This document shows positions 12,070 to 22,786 of a stretch of 64,000 nt of DNA, piece after piece. Positions within the stretch are counted from its first letter, which is position 1; each line of letters starts with the position of its first letter. The DNA is from an uncultured Chloroflexia bacterium. Lineage in GTDB: Bacteria > Chloroflexota > Limnocylindria > Limnocylindrales > CSP1-4. The DNA is taken from assembly GCA_963752475.1 (NCBI GenBank), contig CAVVYR010000006.1:256001-320000 (forward strand). The letters are read 5' to 3'. The position numbers were made by a program, and so were the translations under genes. The notes beneath the pieces are model-generated. The model was not told the origin of the DNA, made no database searches, and saw only the letters and a program-made list of their open reading frames with translations.

Positions 12070-12597
12070 ATGCACAGGATGGACGACCCGCTGCTTTCGC
12101 CCGTGATCAAGGCGGCTCGCGATGAGCTGCAGAACCCGCGCATCCTGTCCGATCGAATCGCCGTCGGTCGCGCGCTCTGGCGGGAACTCGTCATCGGCAT
12201 CGCCGAAGGCGTGGGCAAGCTCGACATCGGCTTCACCCAGCTGGCCGCGCTATACGCGGTGAGTGGACCGGAGATGCTGACGGTGGGCGACCTGGCCGAG
12301 CAGCTGGGTCGCTCTCCCTCGGCCACCAGCAGGCTCGTCGACGGTCTCGTGGAACGAGGCTACCTGGAGCGGACGGTCGAGGTAGCCGACCGACGCCAGC
12401 GCGTGCTGGGGCTGACCGATGAAGGTCAGGCAGTGGTCTCGTCGGTGGACCACGAACGGGCCGATCAGTTCCTGGCCGTCGTGCGACCGATGCCCATGGC
12501 CGAACGAGCGCTGGTGGCCATGGGCGTGGCCGCGCTGGCCAACCATGCGGTCACCCAGCGCGGTGGATTGCGTCGCGGCCGGAGCAGGCGAAGATGA
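12070..12597 (+). CDS. MarR family transcriptional regulator
   Basis: Winged HTH with 'SRLVDGLVERGYLER...DRR...LTDEG'; divergent from fabD. Confidence 0.88.
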   Translation: MHRMDDPLLSPVIKAARDELQNPRILSDRIAVGRALWRELVIGIAEGVGKLDIGFTQLAALYAVSGPEMLTVGDLAEQLGRSPSATSRLVDGLVERGYLERTVEVADRRQRVLGLTDEGQAVVSSVDHERADQFLAVVRPMPMAERALVAMGVAALANHAVTQRGGLRRGRSRRR

Positions 12598-12698
12598 CCG
12601 CGCCCAGGCTCGGCTGCGTGTTCCACAGCGCCGTTGTACGCTGCCTCGCGAGAGGGATGAGATAGCGAATATCGAGACCGTGTAGGAGGGACACACGC

Positions 12699-13892
12699 GT
12701 GGTCGTCAAGTCAAGACTCCTGCTCGCCGTCGCATCCGCCCTGACGCTGGTGCTGACCGCGAGTGCTCCCATGTTCGGCGCGACCAGGGAGGCCAAGCCG
12801 GCCCCGTTGCGCTCGGGCAGCTTGGTGCGCCTGAAGGACATGGCCGCCAACGGCGTGTCGTCGAAGGGCCCCATCGTGGCCGTTGGCTACCAGGAGACCG
12901 GCAACCCCGGTCAGCTCTACCTCGCCTTCAGCTCCGACGGCGGCCAGGACTACCGTCGAAGCAACGGCAACCTGCGCCGCTACCCCATCGTGGGCATCCC
13001 CAAGTTCGGGATGTCCATCGATATCTGTGCCGGCCGCGTGTGGGCCGCCACCGCCTACCGCAGCTCCAGCGACAAGGCCAGCGACTCGGATGTGTTCCTC
13101 ACCAGCCGCACCGTCGGTGGCGGCGCCGCGCAGGCGCTCCTGACCAGCACCGCCGATGATCGCCGCGTGCGCGACGTGACCGTGGCCTGTGTCGGCGGTG
13201 ACCTCATCGCCATCGGCTGGCTGCAGAAGACGGGCAGGAAGCGCACGGCGCAGCTGCTGATCCGCAGCATCGAGCCGCTGGGGACCACGCCTTCGATCAA
13301 ACGGGTCTTCAACCTCGGCGCCGCCGAACTCGCGTCCGGGCTTGACGTCGCCGCCACGCCGAGTTCGGTGGCCGTCTCGTTCGTGCGCGATGGCGACCTG
13401 CGTATCAAGCGTTTCGAGGTCGGAGCGGACAACAGCATCTCCGGCTATCCGCTGAAGACGATCGCCTGGAACGACGTGCGATCCCCGCAGATGGCCGCAC
13501 GTGGCAAGCGCCTCGTGGTGGCCTACTCCGACGCGGGCAAGGTCCGGGCCAAGACCAGCCGCGACCTGGGTGAGACATTCAGCGGCCTGCGCACGCTGGC
13601 CAACACCGGTGGCGTCAAGAACCCGTCGGTGCCGTGGTCCATCGACGTCGTCGGTGACCGGCTCGTGGCCACGGTCGGTGCCTACAGCAAGGCCAAGGGC
13701 AAGGCCACCCCGGTGCGCATGACCTCGAGCAACTTCGGCGAGCGCTGGAGCAAGCGCAACTTCGGCAACGTCGGCGCTCGCATGGCCGCGTTCCTCAAGC
13801 GTCCCAACCAGCCTTCCAAGCTGCAGGAGGCCTGGCACAACAACGCGCCCAAGCGTTCCGCCGATACGCTCCGCGCACGCTACGAGCTCTAG
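12699..13892 (+). CDS. Secreted hypothetical protein (BNR/Asp-box-like, basic)
   Basis: Signal peptide, RBS AGGAGG, Asp-box-like motifs SSDGG, SRDLGETF and SSNFGERW. Confidence 0.8.
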   Translation: MVVKSRLLLAVASALTLVLTASAPMFGATREAKPAPLRSGSLVRLKDMAANGVSSKGPIVAVGYQETGNPGQLYLAFSSDGGQDYRRSNGNLRRYPIVGIPKFGMSIDICAGRVWAATAYRSSSDKASDSDVFLTSRTVGGGAAQALLTSTADDRRVRDVTVACVGGDLIAIGWLQKTGRKRTAQLLIRSIEPLGTTPSIKRVFNLGAAELASGLDVAATPSSVAVSFVRDGDLRIKRFEVGADNSISGYPLKTIAWNDVRSPQMAARGKRLVVAYSDAGKVRAKTSRDLGETFSGLRTLANTGGVKNPSVPWSIDVVGDRLVATVGAYSKAKGKATPVRMTSSNFGERWSKRNFGNVGARMAAFLKRPNQPSKLQEAWHNNAPKRSADTLRARYEL

Positions 13893-13933
13893 CGCGGCAA
13901 GCCGGCACGCGGTTTCATATCGAGGGAGAGGGA

Positions 13934-13963
13934 ACGAGCCCGGGTCACACGGCCCGGGCTCGT
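13934..13963. terminator. Strong hairpin between convergent genes (putative terminator)
   Basis: ACGAGCCCGGGTC-acac-GGCCCGGGCTCGT; no clear U-tract. Confidence 0.5.
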
Positions 13964-13968
13964 CCGAT

Positions 13969-14455
13969 GTAGGCCCGGTAGGGGCAGTCAGCCGGAGGTG
14001 CAAGTCCTCCGGGGTGGCGGCGCGTGGTTGGCCGCCGTCGGCAGCTTGTGGACAGACGTCGTCTGGGTCGACATCAGTCACGCTCGTAGTCACCCGCACT
14101 CGCGGATGACCCCGGTTCGAACCGTCCGGTGGCCCACCCCTGGGCATGGTCCACCCAGAAAGGGCATACCGCGAATGGCTCCGGTGTCCCGGGCGGAGTC
14201 AGCGAGACGCCGACGTGGGCCTACCGTCGACTCCGGCGACGCCTGGCTACAGGGATCGGCGGATTCGGCCGTTGACGTCGACTCCGGCGACGCCTGGCTA
14301 CAGGGATCGGCGGATCCGGCCGTTGACGTCGACTCCGGCGACGCCTGGCTACAGGGATCGGCGGAGTCGGTCGAACAGCAGGTCTGCCGACCGCTTCGGC
14401 ACGGGCGACCACCGACCGCGCCGGGGTGCCCCCCGGCGCTCCCGCATGGCCAGCG
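13969..14455 (+). repeat. Dispersed REPIN/MITE-like element, copy A (boundaries approximate)
   Basis: Boxes CTTGTGGACA (14045), CTCGTAGTCA (14083) and TGGGCAT (14141); shares GGCCTACCGTCGACTC (14218) with copy C. Confidence 0.7.
14226..14370 (+). repeat. 51-bp tandem repeat, about 2.8 copies
   Basis: Unit GTCGACTCCGGCGACGCCTGGCTACAGGGATCGGCGGAT(T/C)CGGCCGTTGAC at 14226, 14277 and 14328. Confidence 0.95.
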
Positions 14456-14458
14456 CCT

Positions 14459-16162
14459 CTAGCGGCGAGGGTTGGTGACGGCACCCTCGCTGGCGGAGCT
14501 CACGAGCGCCGCGTACTTGGCCATGACGCCGGTCTCGTAGCGAGGTGCCGGCGCGCTCCAGCGAGCACGCCGCTCGGCCAGGGTGGCTTCGTCGACCTCC
14601 AGGTCCAGCGCGCGACGATCGACGTCGATGGTCACGGTGTCGCCCTCCTCCACGAGCGCGATGGGGCCGCCGATCGCGGCCTCGGGTGCCACGTGTCCGA
14701 TCATCAGGCCACGCGTGCCGCCGCTGAAGCGGCCGTCGGTAAGCAGAGCCACGTCGGCACCGAGGCCCTCGCCCACGATGGCGGCGGTGATGCCCAGCAT
14801 CTCCTGCATGCCGGGGCCGCCGACGGGGCCTTCGTAGCGCAGCACGACCACGTCGCCGGGGCGGATCTCCTGGTTGGTCACTGCCGCGTAGCACTCGCTC
14901 TCGGAGTCGAACACGCGAGCGGGGCCGCTGAAGCGGCGGGTCTCATGGCCGGCCAACTTGATGACGCAGCCGTCCGGCGCCAGCGTGCCCTTGAGGATGG
15001 CCAGGCCGCCGGTGGCCTTGATGGGATCGTCGATGGTGCGGAACACGTCCTGGCCGGGCGTCTCCTCGACCGCCGCCGCGATCTCCGCGAGCGACTGGCC
15101 GGTGACGGTCATCGAGGCCCCATGCATGAGGTCCTTCTTGAGCAACTCGCGGATGACGATGCCGACCCCGCCGGCGTCGTAGATGTCAGCGGCAGAGTAG
15201 CGACCGCCCGGGCGCAGGTCGCCGATGGTGGGCGTGCGCTCGGCGATCTCGTGGAAGTCGTCGACGCTGAAGTCGATCCCGAACTCGCGCGCGATGGCGA
15301 GCATGTGCAGGACCGCGTTGGTCGAGCCACCGGTAGCGGCCACGCCGGCCACGGCGTTGTCGATCGACTCGCGTGTCACGAGCGTGCTGGGCCGGACGTC
15401 GTTGCGCACGAGGTCCATGACCAGCTCACCGCAACGGCGCGCGGCCTGATCCTTGTTCTCGTCCTCCGCGGGCACGCCGTTGAGCCCGGCAGGGGAGAGC
15501 CCCATGAACTCGAGACACATGCTCATGGTGTTGGCCGTGAACTGGCCGCCGCAGGCGCCGGCGCCGGGGCAGGCAGCCTCCTCGATGGCATAGAGCTCCT
15601 CGAGCGTCAGCTTGCCCGCGGAGTAGGCGCCGACCGCTTCGTAGACGCTGACGATGTCTTGCGGCTCGCCCTTGTAGGTGCCTGGGTAGATGGTGCCGTT
15701 GTAGAGCACTACGGCCGGGATATCGAGGCGAGCCACGGCCATGGCCGCGCCGGGATTGGTCTTGTCACAGCCGGTGAGCACGACGAGCCCATCGAACAAG
15801 TGGCCGCGCGCGACCAGCTCGACCGAGTCGGCCACGACCTCGCGGCTGATGAGCGAGGCCTTCATGCCCTCGGTGCCCATGGCCACGCCGTCCGAGACGG
15901 CGATCGTGTTGAACTCCATGGGCGTGCCGCCCGCGGCCCGGATGCCCTCCTTCACGAACTCGGCCAGCCGACGCTGGTTGAGGTTGCAGGGCATCGTCTC
16001 GATCCACGTCGACGCCACGCCGATGATGGGCTTGGCCAGGTCATCGTCGGTGAAGCCCACGGCCTTGAGCATGGAGCGAGCACCGGCGCGATCGGGTCCG
16101 TCGGTCAGTTTGGCGGAATGGCGCTTGGCGGCGTCGCTCGGCCGGTCGTAGGGGGTGGGCAT
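14459..16162 (-). CDS. ilvD: Dihydroxy-acid dehydratase
   Basis: [46 protein letters not shown] and GHVAPEA. Confidence 0.96.
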   Translation of the reverse strand: MPTPYDRPSDAAKRHSAKLTDGPDRAGARSMLKAVGFTDDDLAKPIIGVASTWIETMPCNLNQRRLAEFVKEGIRAAGGTPMEFNTIAVSDGVAMGTEGMKASLISREVVADSVELVARGHLFDGLVVLTGCDKTNPGAAMAVARLDIPAVVLYNGTIYPGTYKGEPQDIVSVYEAVGAYSAGKLTLEELYAIEEAACPGAGACGGQFTANTMSMCLEFMGLSPAGLNGVPAEDENKDQAARRCGELVMDLVRNDVRPSTLVTRESIDNAVAGVAATGGSTNAVLHMLAIAREFGIDFSVDDFHEIAERTPTIGDLRPGGRYSAADIYDAGGVGIVIRELLKKDLMHGASMTVTGQSLAEIAAAVEETPGQDVFRTIDDPIKATGGLAILKGTLAPDGCVIKLAGHETRRFSGPARVFDSESECYAAVTNQEIRPGDVVVLRYEGPVGGPGMQEMLGITAAIVGEGLGADVALLTDGRFSGGTRGLMIGHVAPEAAIGGPIALVEEGDTVTIDVDRRALDLEVDEATLAERRARWSAPAPRYETGVMAKYAALVSSASEGAVTNPRR

Positions 16163-16265
16163 GGTGGGCTGGCTCTCCGTTCGCGTCTCGGGTCTGTGCC
16201 CCGAGTGTATCGGCTGTCCGTGGGGCCGCGAGCGAGTTCTCTCCGCTCCGTCTAGCATCGGGCTC

Positions 16266-17771
16266 GTGCAGTCAGCCCGCCTGCTTGCCCTGCCCCTCGC
16301 CGCAGCGCTCCTGGGTTCGGTCTTCGCGACCGCGGAAGCCACCGAGCCTCCCGTGCCCACGCCGGCGGAACCGCGACCCATCGGTCGCTCGGGGTCGGAG
16401 ACAGCTCCCCACCAGCCAGACATCGTCGTCTTCTACCTCGACGACTTCTCGCCGCGCCCGCGCTCGCTGTGGGATGACCCCGAGCGCACGCCCAACCTCG
16501 CGCGTTTCGTCAACCGCGGCACGCGTTTTGCCAACGCCATCGTCTCGACACCGCTCTGCGGGCCATCACGCGCGGGACTGCTCACCGGACGCTACGGTCA
16601 CAACACGGGTGTCATCGGCAACGATGTCGGCCCCTATCGAGCGGACAACGACGTGGCCGAGAAGCTGGGCAAGGCCGGCTACCACACGGTCTATGTCGGC
16701 AAACACATCAACCGCCTGAAGGACGACCGCCCGACGCGGACACAGATGGACCGTCTGGCGACGTGGTGGGACGAGTTCGATGTCATGTGGGAGGACCAGG
16801 GCAAGTTCTACGACTGGACGCAGTACCGCAAGGACGAGGACAGCGTCTACTACGGCACCGATCCCGGGTCGCACTCGTCGCGCGTTGCGGCCGAACGCGC
16901 CATCGAGCACATCGAGAACATCCCTGACGATGAGCCGCTCTTCCTCTTCATCTCGCTCGTCGACGGGCACATCCCGATGACCCCGATGCAGCGACACGAG
17001 GACGATCCGTCATGCGTGGACACCGCGCCGTGGCAAGGGCCGGCCTTCAACGAGGAGGACGTCTCCGACAAGCCGTCGCATATCCAGGCGACGCCGCAGC
17101 TGTCCGTCGACAGCTATGACCTGGTCTCGCGCTGCGAGCAGTCGCTGACAGCCGACTGGGTCGTGGGCAAGGTCGTGCGTGCGCTGCGCAAGGCCGGCCG
17201 CCTCGACGACACGCTGCAGATCGTCACCGCCGACAACGGCTGGCTTATGGGCGATCACCGTATCGTGGGCAAGTCCTACCCCTACGCCACACCGGTACCC
17301 ACGTACGTGCGCTGGCCGGGCGTGCTCGACGGCAAGCGGCGCACGGTCGAGGAACCGGTCACGAACCTCGACTGGCTGCCCACGTTCTGCGACCTTGCCG
17401 GCTGTGGCGTGCCCAATGCCGACGGGCAGTCCATCCTGCCGCTCATCACCGGAGAGGCAGGTCGCCTCGACCGCCAATTCCTCTTCGTGGAGCTGCTCTA
17501 CGACAACGCACGCTACCCCGACGACCCGCGGGCACGACCTGCCTATACCGGGGTGGAGACCACGTTGGGCTACTCCGACACGCGCTGGGCGTTCACGCGC
17601 TACAGCAACGGTGATGCGGAGCTCTACAACCTCAGCGAGGACCCGCACCGGCTGGAGAACCTCTACGGCCAGGATGGCTACCGCAAGATCACGCGGCAGC
17701 TGCAGCGCTTCCACAAGTCGGTCAAGCAGGCCGACGACGTTGAGTGGCAGGAGACTCCGGTCTTCGACTGA
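16266..17771 (+). CDS. Secreted sulfatase (formylglycine type)
   Basis: [13 protein letters not shown] (CxPxR), [14 protein letters not shown] and ELYNLSEDP; signal peptide; start follows TAGCAT at 7 nt. Confidence 0.9.
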   Translation: MQSARLLALPLAAALLGSVFATAEATEPPVPTPAEPRPIGRSGSETAPHQPDIVVFYLDDFSPRPRSLWDDPERTPNLARFVNRGTRFANAIVSTPLCGPSRAGLLTGRYGHNTGVIGNDVGPYRADNDVAEKLGKAGYHTVYVGKHINRLKDDRPTRTQMDRLATWWDEFDVMWEDQGKFYDWTQYRKDEDSVYYGTDPGSHSSRVAAERAIEHIENIPDDEPLFLFISLVDGHIPMTPMQRHEDDPSCVDTAPWQGPAFNEEDVSDKPSHIQATPQLSVDSYDLVSRCEQSLTADWVVGKVVRALRKAGRLDDTLQIVTADNGWLMGDHRIVGKSYPYATPVPTYVRWPGVLDGKRRTVEEPVTNLDWLPTFCDLAGCGVPNADGQSILPLITGEAGRLDRQFLFVELLYDNARYPDDPRARPAYTGVETTLGYSDTRWAFTRYSNGDAELYNLSEDPHRLENLYGQDGYRKITRQLQRFHKSVKQADDVEWQETPVFD

Positions 17772-17864
17772 CCGCTGCCGGACATGAGGACGCACGCCCC
17801 GCGATCGGGACGGGCGATGGGTGGCGCGTGGGCGCTCGCGGGTCTGGGCGGCCTTCTCGCGGTT

Positions 17865-18485
17865 CTAGGCGGCCTTGGGGTTGGTGTCCACGCGCGCGGG
17901 GTTGGCTGCTTCCCAGGCGTCGATCTGGTCGCTGCGGTCGAGGACCCAGCCGATCTCATCCTTGCCCTCGAGCAGCATCTGGCGCGCGAAGGGGTCGACC
18001 TCGAAGGCGAGATCCTGGTCGCCCGGAAGGTGTACCACCTGGGCCTCGAGGTCGACGGTGACCTCCGCCTCCGGCTGGGCCGCGAACTGGTCGAAGAGCT
18101 GGCGGTGCGTGTCTCCGTCGACGACGATCGGCAGCAGGCCGTTCTTGAGCGCGTTGCTGCTGAAGATGTCGGCGAAGCTGGTCGAGAGGATGGCTCGGAT
18201 GCCCCACGAGGTGAGCGCCCAGGGGGCGTGCTCACGCGACGAGCCGGACCCGAAGTTGTCACCCGCGAGCAGGACCTGGCGGCCCTGCATCTGGGGCAGG
18301 TTGATGACGAAGTCGGCCTTGGGCTGTCCGTCGGCGTCGTATCTCCAGTCGTAGAAGAGCGCGTCGGCCAGACCGGACTTCTCGGTCGTCTTGAGGAAGC
18401 GCGCGGGGATGATCTGGTCGGTGTCGACGTTCTCGGCCGGCAGCGGGATGAGCGCGCTGCTGAAGGTGGTGAACGGTTCGGCCAT
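17865..18485 (-). CDS. leuD: 3-isopropylmalate dehydratase small subunit
   Basis: NVDTDQIIPARFL, NFGSGSSREHA and SFADIF. Confidence 0.96.
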   Translation of the reverse strand: MAEPFTTFSSALIPLPAENVDTDQIIPARFLKTTEKSGLADALFYDWRYDADGQPKADFVINLPQMQGRQVLLAGDNFGSGSSREHAPWALTSWGIRAILSTSFADIFSSNALKNGLLPIVVDGDTHRQLFDQFAAQPEAEVTVDLEAQVVHLPGDQDLAFEVDPFARQMLLEGKDEIGWVLDRSDQIDAWEAANPARVDTNPKAA

Positions 18486-18487
18486 CT

Positions 18488-19936
18488 CTACTTCTCTCCG
18501 GCAGCTGCGGGGTTGTCGGCGACGAGCGGTCGGGGGTCGGTGACGACGCCGGTGAGCGCGCTCGCGGCGGCCGTCAGCGGCGAGGCCAGGAAGGTGCGTG
18601 CGCCCTTGCCCTGGCGACCCTCGAAGTTGCGGTTGCTGGTGCTGATGATGTACTCGCCGGCCTCGCCCTGATCTCCGTTCATGGCGATGCACATCGAGCA
18701 GCCGGCTTCGCGCCAGTCGGCGCCGGCCGCGCGGAAGACGTCGGCGATGCCCTCGGCCTCCGCCTGGGCCTTCACCTGCTGGCTGCCGGGCACGACCATC
18801 ACGCGGATGCCGTCAGCGACCTTGTTGCCCTTGAGCAGGGCCGCGGCCTGGCGCAGATCGCTGATGCGACCGTTGGTGCAGGAGCCGATGAAGACGGTAT
18901 CGACCTTGTGGCCCTTGAGCTCGACCCCGGGCTCCAGGTCCATGTAGTCGAGGGCCTTGCCGAGGGTGCGCGCCTCGGCCTCGCTGGCAGCGGCCTGCGG
19001 CACCGGGATGGGCATGTCGATGCCGATGCCCAGGCCGGGGTTGGTGCCCCACGTGACCATGGGCTCGAGCTGGTCGGCGTCGATGGTGATGGACTTGTCG
19101 AAGGCAGCGCCCTCGTCGGTCTTGAGCGTCCGCCAGTGCTCGACGGCACGATCCCAGGCCTCTCCGGAGGGAGCGTGCGGGCGACCCTTGACGTACTCGA
19201 AGGTGGTCTCGTCGGGCGCGATGAGGCCGGCGCGGGCGCCGCCCTCGATGGACATGTTGCAGATGGTCATGCGCTGCTCCATCGTCAGCGCCTCGATGGC
19301 CTCGCCGCGGTACTCGAAGACGTGGCCTGTGCCGCCACCGGTCCCGATGCGGCTGATGAGGTTGAGGATGATGTCCTTCGACGTGACGCCCGGCTTGAGC
19401 GAGCCGGTGACGTTGACCTCATAGGTCTTCAGTGGGCGCTGCAGCAGCGTCTGCGTGGCCAGCACCATCTCCACCTCGCTGGTGCCGATGCCGAAGGCCA
19501 GGGCTCCGAACGCGCCGTGGGTGGCGGTGTGCGAGTCACCACAGACGATGGTCATACCCGGCTGCGTCAGGCCCAGCTCCGGGCCGATGACGTGGACGAT
19601 GCCCTGACGGTCCGAGCCCAGCGCGTATAGCGGGATGCCGAACTCCTCGCAGTTGGCCGCCAGCTTGGCCAGCTGGAACGAGGCCTGCTGGTCGAGGATC
19701 GGCAGCGAGCGGTCGTGGGTGGGTGTCGAGTGGTCCGCGGTGGCGATGGTTCGCTCTGGATGGCGCACGCGAAGGCCGCGGCGTCGAAGACCTTCGAAGG
19801 CCTGCGGGCTGGTGACCTCGTGGATGAGCTGGAGGTCGATCCCGAGGACCGTGGGAGCTCCCGGCTCCTGGTGGACGACGTGGTCGTCCCAGATCTTCTG
19901 GACGAGTGTGCGCGGAGCGCCTGCGGTACTAGACAT
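18488..19936 (-). CDS. leuC: 3-isopropylmalate dehydratase large subunit
   Basis: [25 protein letters not shown] and [12 protein letters not shown]. Confidence 0.97.
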   Translation of the reverse strand: MSSTAGAPRTLVQKIWDDHVVHQEPGAPTVLGIDLQLIHEVTSPQAFEGLRRRGLRVRHPERTIATADHSTPTHDRSLPILDQQASFQLAKLAANCEEFGIPLYALGSDRQGIVHVIGPELGLTQPGMTIVCGDSHTATHGAFGALAFGIGTSEVEMVLATQTLLQRPLKTYEVNVTGSLKPGVTSKDIILNLISRIGTGGGTGHVFEYRGEAIEALTMEQRMTICNMSIEGGARAGLIAPDETTFEYVKGRPHAPSGEAWDRAVEHWRTLKTDEGAAFDKSITIDADQLEPMVTWGTNPGLGIGIDMPIPVPQAAASEAEARTLGKALDYMDLEPGVELKGHKVDTVFIGSCTNGRISDLRQAAALLKGNKVADGIRVMVVPGSQQVKAQAEAEGIADVFRAAGADWREAGCSMCIAMNGDQGEAGEYIISTSNRNFEGRQGKGARTFLASPLTAAASALTGVVTDPRPLVADNPAAAGEK

Positions 19937-20034
19937 GCGCCCGAGTGTAGCCGAGCGAGCAGAAGCGTCCGTGAACGAGTGTCGCTGAACGATGACACCG
20001 TCGGTCGATCGTTTCTGTGGACCCGCTGGCCCAT

Positions 20035-20301
20035 GCTGGTCCTGTCACAGCGCGCCCCCGGGATCAGATCGCCCGAGGGGGCGGCACCAGCTGGTCCTGC
20101 CGCCGTGCGCCCTCCGGCATCAGATCGTCCGAGGGGCCGCTCGAGCGGCTATCCCCGTGCGGCTGAACGCGACGACATCGACGGCGAGGTGCTCCATCTC
20201 AGCCTCCAGCAGGCTCGGTTCGTCAGCCGTAGTCCCCGCCGGGCTGAGATCGTGCACCTGGGGCCCCGGGCTGGTCGAGTCCAGCCAGCAGGGGATAGCC
20301 G
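20035..20301. repeat. Intergenic structured element D: imperfect 55-56 bp direct duplication plus a long inverted repeat
   Basis: CTGGTCCTG...ATCAGATCG.CCGAGGGG occurs twice (20036, 20091); arms CGGCTATCCCC...ATCTCAGCC (20146-20204) and GGCTGAGAT...GGGGATAGCCG (20242-20301). Confidence 0.75.
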
Positions 20302-20409
20302 AATCGGCAGGCAGCCAGCACTGACAGCATCACCTAGTGATCAGGGAGTACCCGTGAACGGACGGCGGCGGTGCGGGCGCTAGCAGGGGCAGCGTCGTGG
20401 AGGTCCGGT

Positions 20410-21417
20410 CTAGCGGTACAGGTCGGGCCGGGGCCCCACCGAGACGGCCTCGCGATGACCTGACTGGAGTGCTCGCACGAGCGCCTCCGCCACCACGGTC
20501 GCAGCGAAGCCGTCCCAGGCGCTGGCCGTGGGTCGACCGTCGCTCAGCGAGTCGACCCAGTTGCCGATCTCGGCGTCGTAGGCCCCGCGGAAGCGATCGA
20601 GCCAGTCGGGCGGGAAGCCCTGTTCGGGTGCGGAGTCGGCCGTCACGAGGTCGTGTCCACGGGGGCCCATGGCCACGTAGCCCTTGGTGCCCAGCACCTC
20701 GCAGCGCACGTCGTAGCCGTACCCGGCGTTGCTGAAGACCTCGATGTCGACGCGGGCGCCGCTGCGAGCCTCGAGCCGGACGAGGAGGGGATCGGCCAGC
20801 TGGTGCGTCACACTCGGTCGGTGGCGCGGCTTCTCGAGGGCCACGCTGACGATCTCCTCGGCCAACAGCCAGCGCGCGATGTCGATCTCGTGGATGACGG
20901 TATCGGTCAGCGTCTGGCGCGTCGTCAGCGTCTTCGGCACCGAGGGGTTGCGGTGGATGCAGTGGACGACCAGGGGCTTGCCCACCGTGCCTTCGTCGAC
21001 GGTGGCCTTGAGCCGGCCGTACTCGGGGTCGTAGCGGCGCATGAAGCCGACCGTGGTGAAGCGGCGATCGGCCTCCATCTCCGCCTGCAGCACGCGTTCG
21101 CAGCTGGGCACCGTGATGCCCAGCGGCTTCTCGGTCATGACGGGCTTGCCAGCGGCGATACAGCGGAGCACGAAGTCGACGTGCGTCTCGGTATTGGAGG
21201 CGATGATGACCGCGTCGACCTCAGGGTCTTCGATGAGGGCCTGGTCGTCGTCGGCGACGCGTGCGCCACAACGGTCCGCGACCGCGCGTGCGAGGGTGCG
21301 GTCGACGTCGTGGACGGCCACGAGGCGGGCCCTGTCGCCGAGTTTGCTGATGCGGGCGGCATGGTCCGCGCCCTGCTTACCGGTGCCGATGATGCCGATG
21401 CCGACCACTATCGTCAT
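20410..21417 (-). CDS. Gfo/Idh/MocA oxidoreductase (inositol 2-dehydrogenase-like)
   Basis: IGIIGTGKQG, EKP, VGFMRRYDP, IHEID and YGYDVRCEV. Confidence 0.9.
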   Translation of the reverse strand: MTIVVGIGIIGTGKQGADHAARISKLGDRARLVAVHDVDRTLARAVADRCGARVADDDQALIEDPEVDAVIIASNTETHVDFVLRCIAAGKPVMTEKPLGITVPSCERVLQAEMEADRRFTTVGFMRRYDPEYGRLKATVDEGTVGKPLVVHCIHRNPSVPKTLTTRQTLTDTVIHEIDIARWLLAEEIVSVALEKPRHRPSVTHQLADPLLVRLEARSGARVDIEVFSNAGYGYDVRCEVLGTKGYVAMGPRGHDLVTADSAPEQGFPPDWLDRFRGAYDAEIGNWVDSLSDGRPTASAWDGFAATVVAEALVRALQSGHREAVSVGPRPDLYR

Positions 21418-21577
21418 CCTCCTGGTTGAGTCTGGGTTGGGTGCCGGGCTGGCGGTGATAGAGCCATCGTGCCACGACCGGCACCCAGAGGTGCTGATGG
21501 TGGGTTCTTGACCGTTTCGCTATCGTGGCCGAACACCGCCTCGCTAGCGTGACCCCAGTCGTAGTCCGGAGAGGCCC

Positions 21578-22786
21578 GTGGTCCGATCCTTCCGATCATT
21601 CATCCTCGTCCTTCTATTGGCCTTGGTCCTGGTGCTGACCACCATCGGTAGCGCCGTGGCACGCGAGGCTATCGCGCTCGGCCTGTCCATCGACCCTGTC
21701 GACCACCGTGACCAGAACATGGTCCGGCTCGACCGGCTCATCGAGAATCGAGGGTTCAAGCCGGCCATCTGGACCACGTGGAGCAACTGGGGCTCTCGCG
21801 GCGAGAACGAGGAGTGCCTGCCCGACGTCGGCCGGTGCGCCTTCCCCAGCGAGACCGTGGCCGCGCTCTTCGAACGTGGGATCACGCCCTTCATCTGGTG
21901 GCAACCGGCAGCGCCCCCGGGCAAGGCGCGCGGCGACTTCGCTCGCTACGTGCACACGATCGAGGGGCGACATGACGACTACATCCGCGAGTGGGCCGCG
22001 GCCGCGGCCGCGCTGGACGGCGACATCCTCGTTCGCTACGCCCATGAGATGAACGGCAGGTGGTACCCATGGGGAATCACCCGCTTCGACAACTCGCCGG
22101 GGCGCTACGTCAGGGCGTGGCGACATATCTGGCGGATCTTCCAGGAGGAAGGCGCCACCAACGTCAAGTGGGTCTGGGCCCCGTCACGCGAGGGCTGCAA
22201 GGGCTGCGAGCCCAACTACGCCTACGAGTCCTTCTACCCCGGGAACCGATACGTCGACTACGTCGCGCTCAGCTCCTACAACCAGGCCAAGCGGCGATGG
22301 CGGACGATGGCTTCGCTGCTTGAGAAGCCCATGGCTCGCATGCGCCAGATGACGCGGTCCCCAGCCTTCCCCAATGGCAAGCCAGTGATCCTCGACGAGG
22401 TCGGAACGGTCCACATCGGCGGCAGCAAGGCCGCCTGGCTCAGGGATGGCTACAACGAGGTCTTCCGGCGCTGGCCCAGGGTCAAGGCCATCGTCTACTT
22501 CGACGTCAATATGACCAAGCGCAACAAGCGCCATCCCGACTGGCGGCTGAGGTACCCAGCCGACGGCTCGGCGATGGACGCCTACGCCAGTCTCGCAGCC
22601 ATGCCTCGCTTCAAGGGCAAGATCGGCAAGACCCCGAAGCAGTCGCCGCAGGAGCCACCACAGGAGCCACCGCAAGAGCTCCCCGAGGAGTCCCAGCCAG
22701 GGCTCTCGGAGGAGCCACCGCAAGAGCTCCCCGAGGAGTCCCGGTCAGGACTGATGGAGGTGATCCCAGAGGACGAGCCCTCGTGA
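21578..22786 (+). CDS. Secreted glycoside hydrolase family 26
   Basis: Signal peptide; RYAHEMNGRWYPW, WVWAP, YPG..YVD and KPVILDEVG; acidic repetitive tail. Confidence 0.88.
   Translation: MVRSFRSFILVLLLALVLVLTTIGSAVAREAIALGLSIDPVDHRDQNMVRLDRLIENRGFKPAIWTTWSNWGSRGENEECLPDVGRCAFPSETVAALFERGITPFIWWQPAAPPGKARGDFARYVHTIEGRHDDYIREWAAAAAALDGDILVRYAHEMNGRWYPWGITRFDNSPGRYVRAWRHIWRIFQEEGATNVKWVWAPSREGCKGCEPNYAYESFYPGNRYVDYVALSSYNQAKRRWRTMASLLEKPMARMRQMTRSPAFPNGKPVILDEVGTVHIGGSKAAWLRDGYNEVFRRWPRVKAIVYFDVNMTKRNKRHPDWRLRYPADGSAMDAYASLAAMPRFKGKIGKTPKQSPQEPPQEPPQELPEESQPGLSEEPPQELPEESRSGLMEVIPEDEPS
22648..22742 (+). repeat. Coding repeat in GH26 tail (QEPP / QELPEES)
   Basis: AGGAGCCACCGCAAGAGCTCCCCGAGGAGTCCC at 22662 and 22710 (48-nt period). 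Confidence 0.9.

Noticed and set aside
14045-14054. DnaA box or replication origin (TGTCCACA on the minus strand)
   Set aside because: Single boxes in scattered elements, no AT-rich unwinding region and no dnaA/dnaN context.
14226-14370. Mini-CRISPR array
   Set aside because: The intervening 13-nt segments are nearly identical rather than unique spacers, and no cas genes are present.
13998-14462. RiPP precursor with repeated core VDSGDAWLQGSAD
   Set aside because: No RBS, leader or modifying enzymes nearby; the repeat is explained as part of the non-coding element family.
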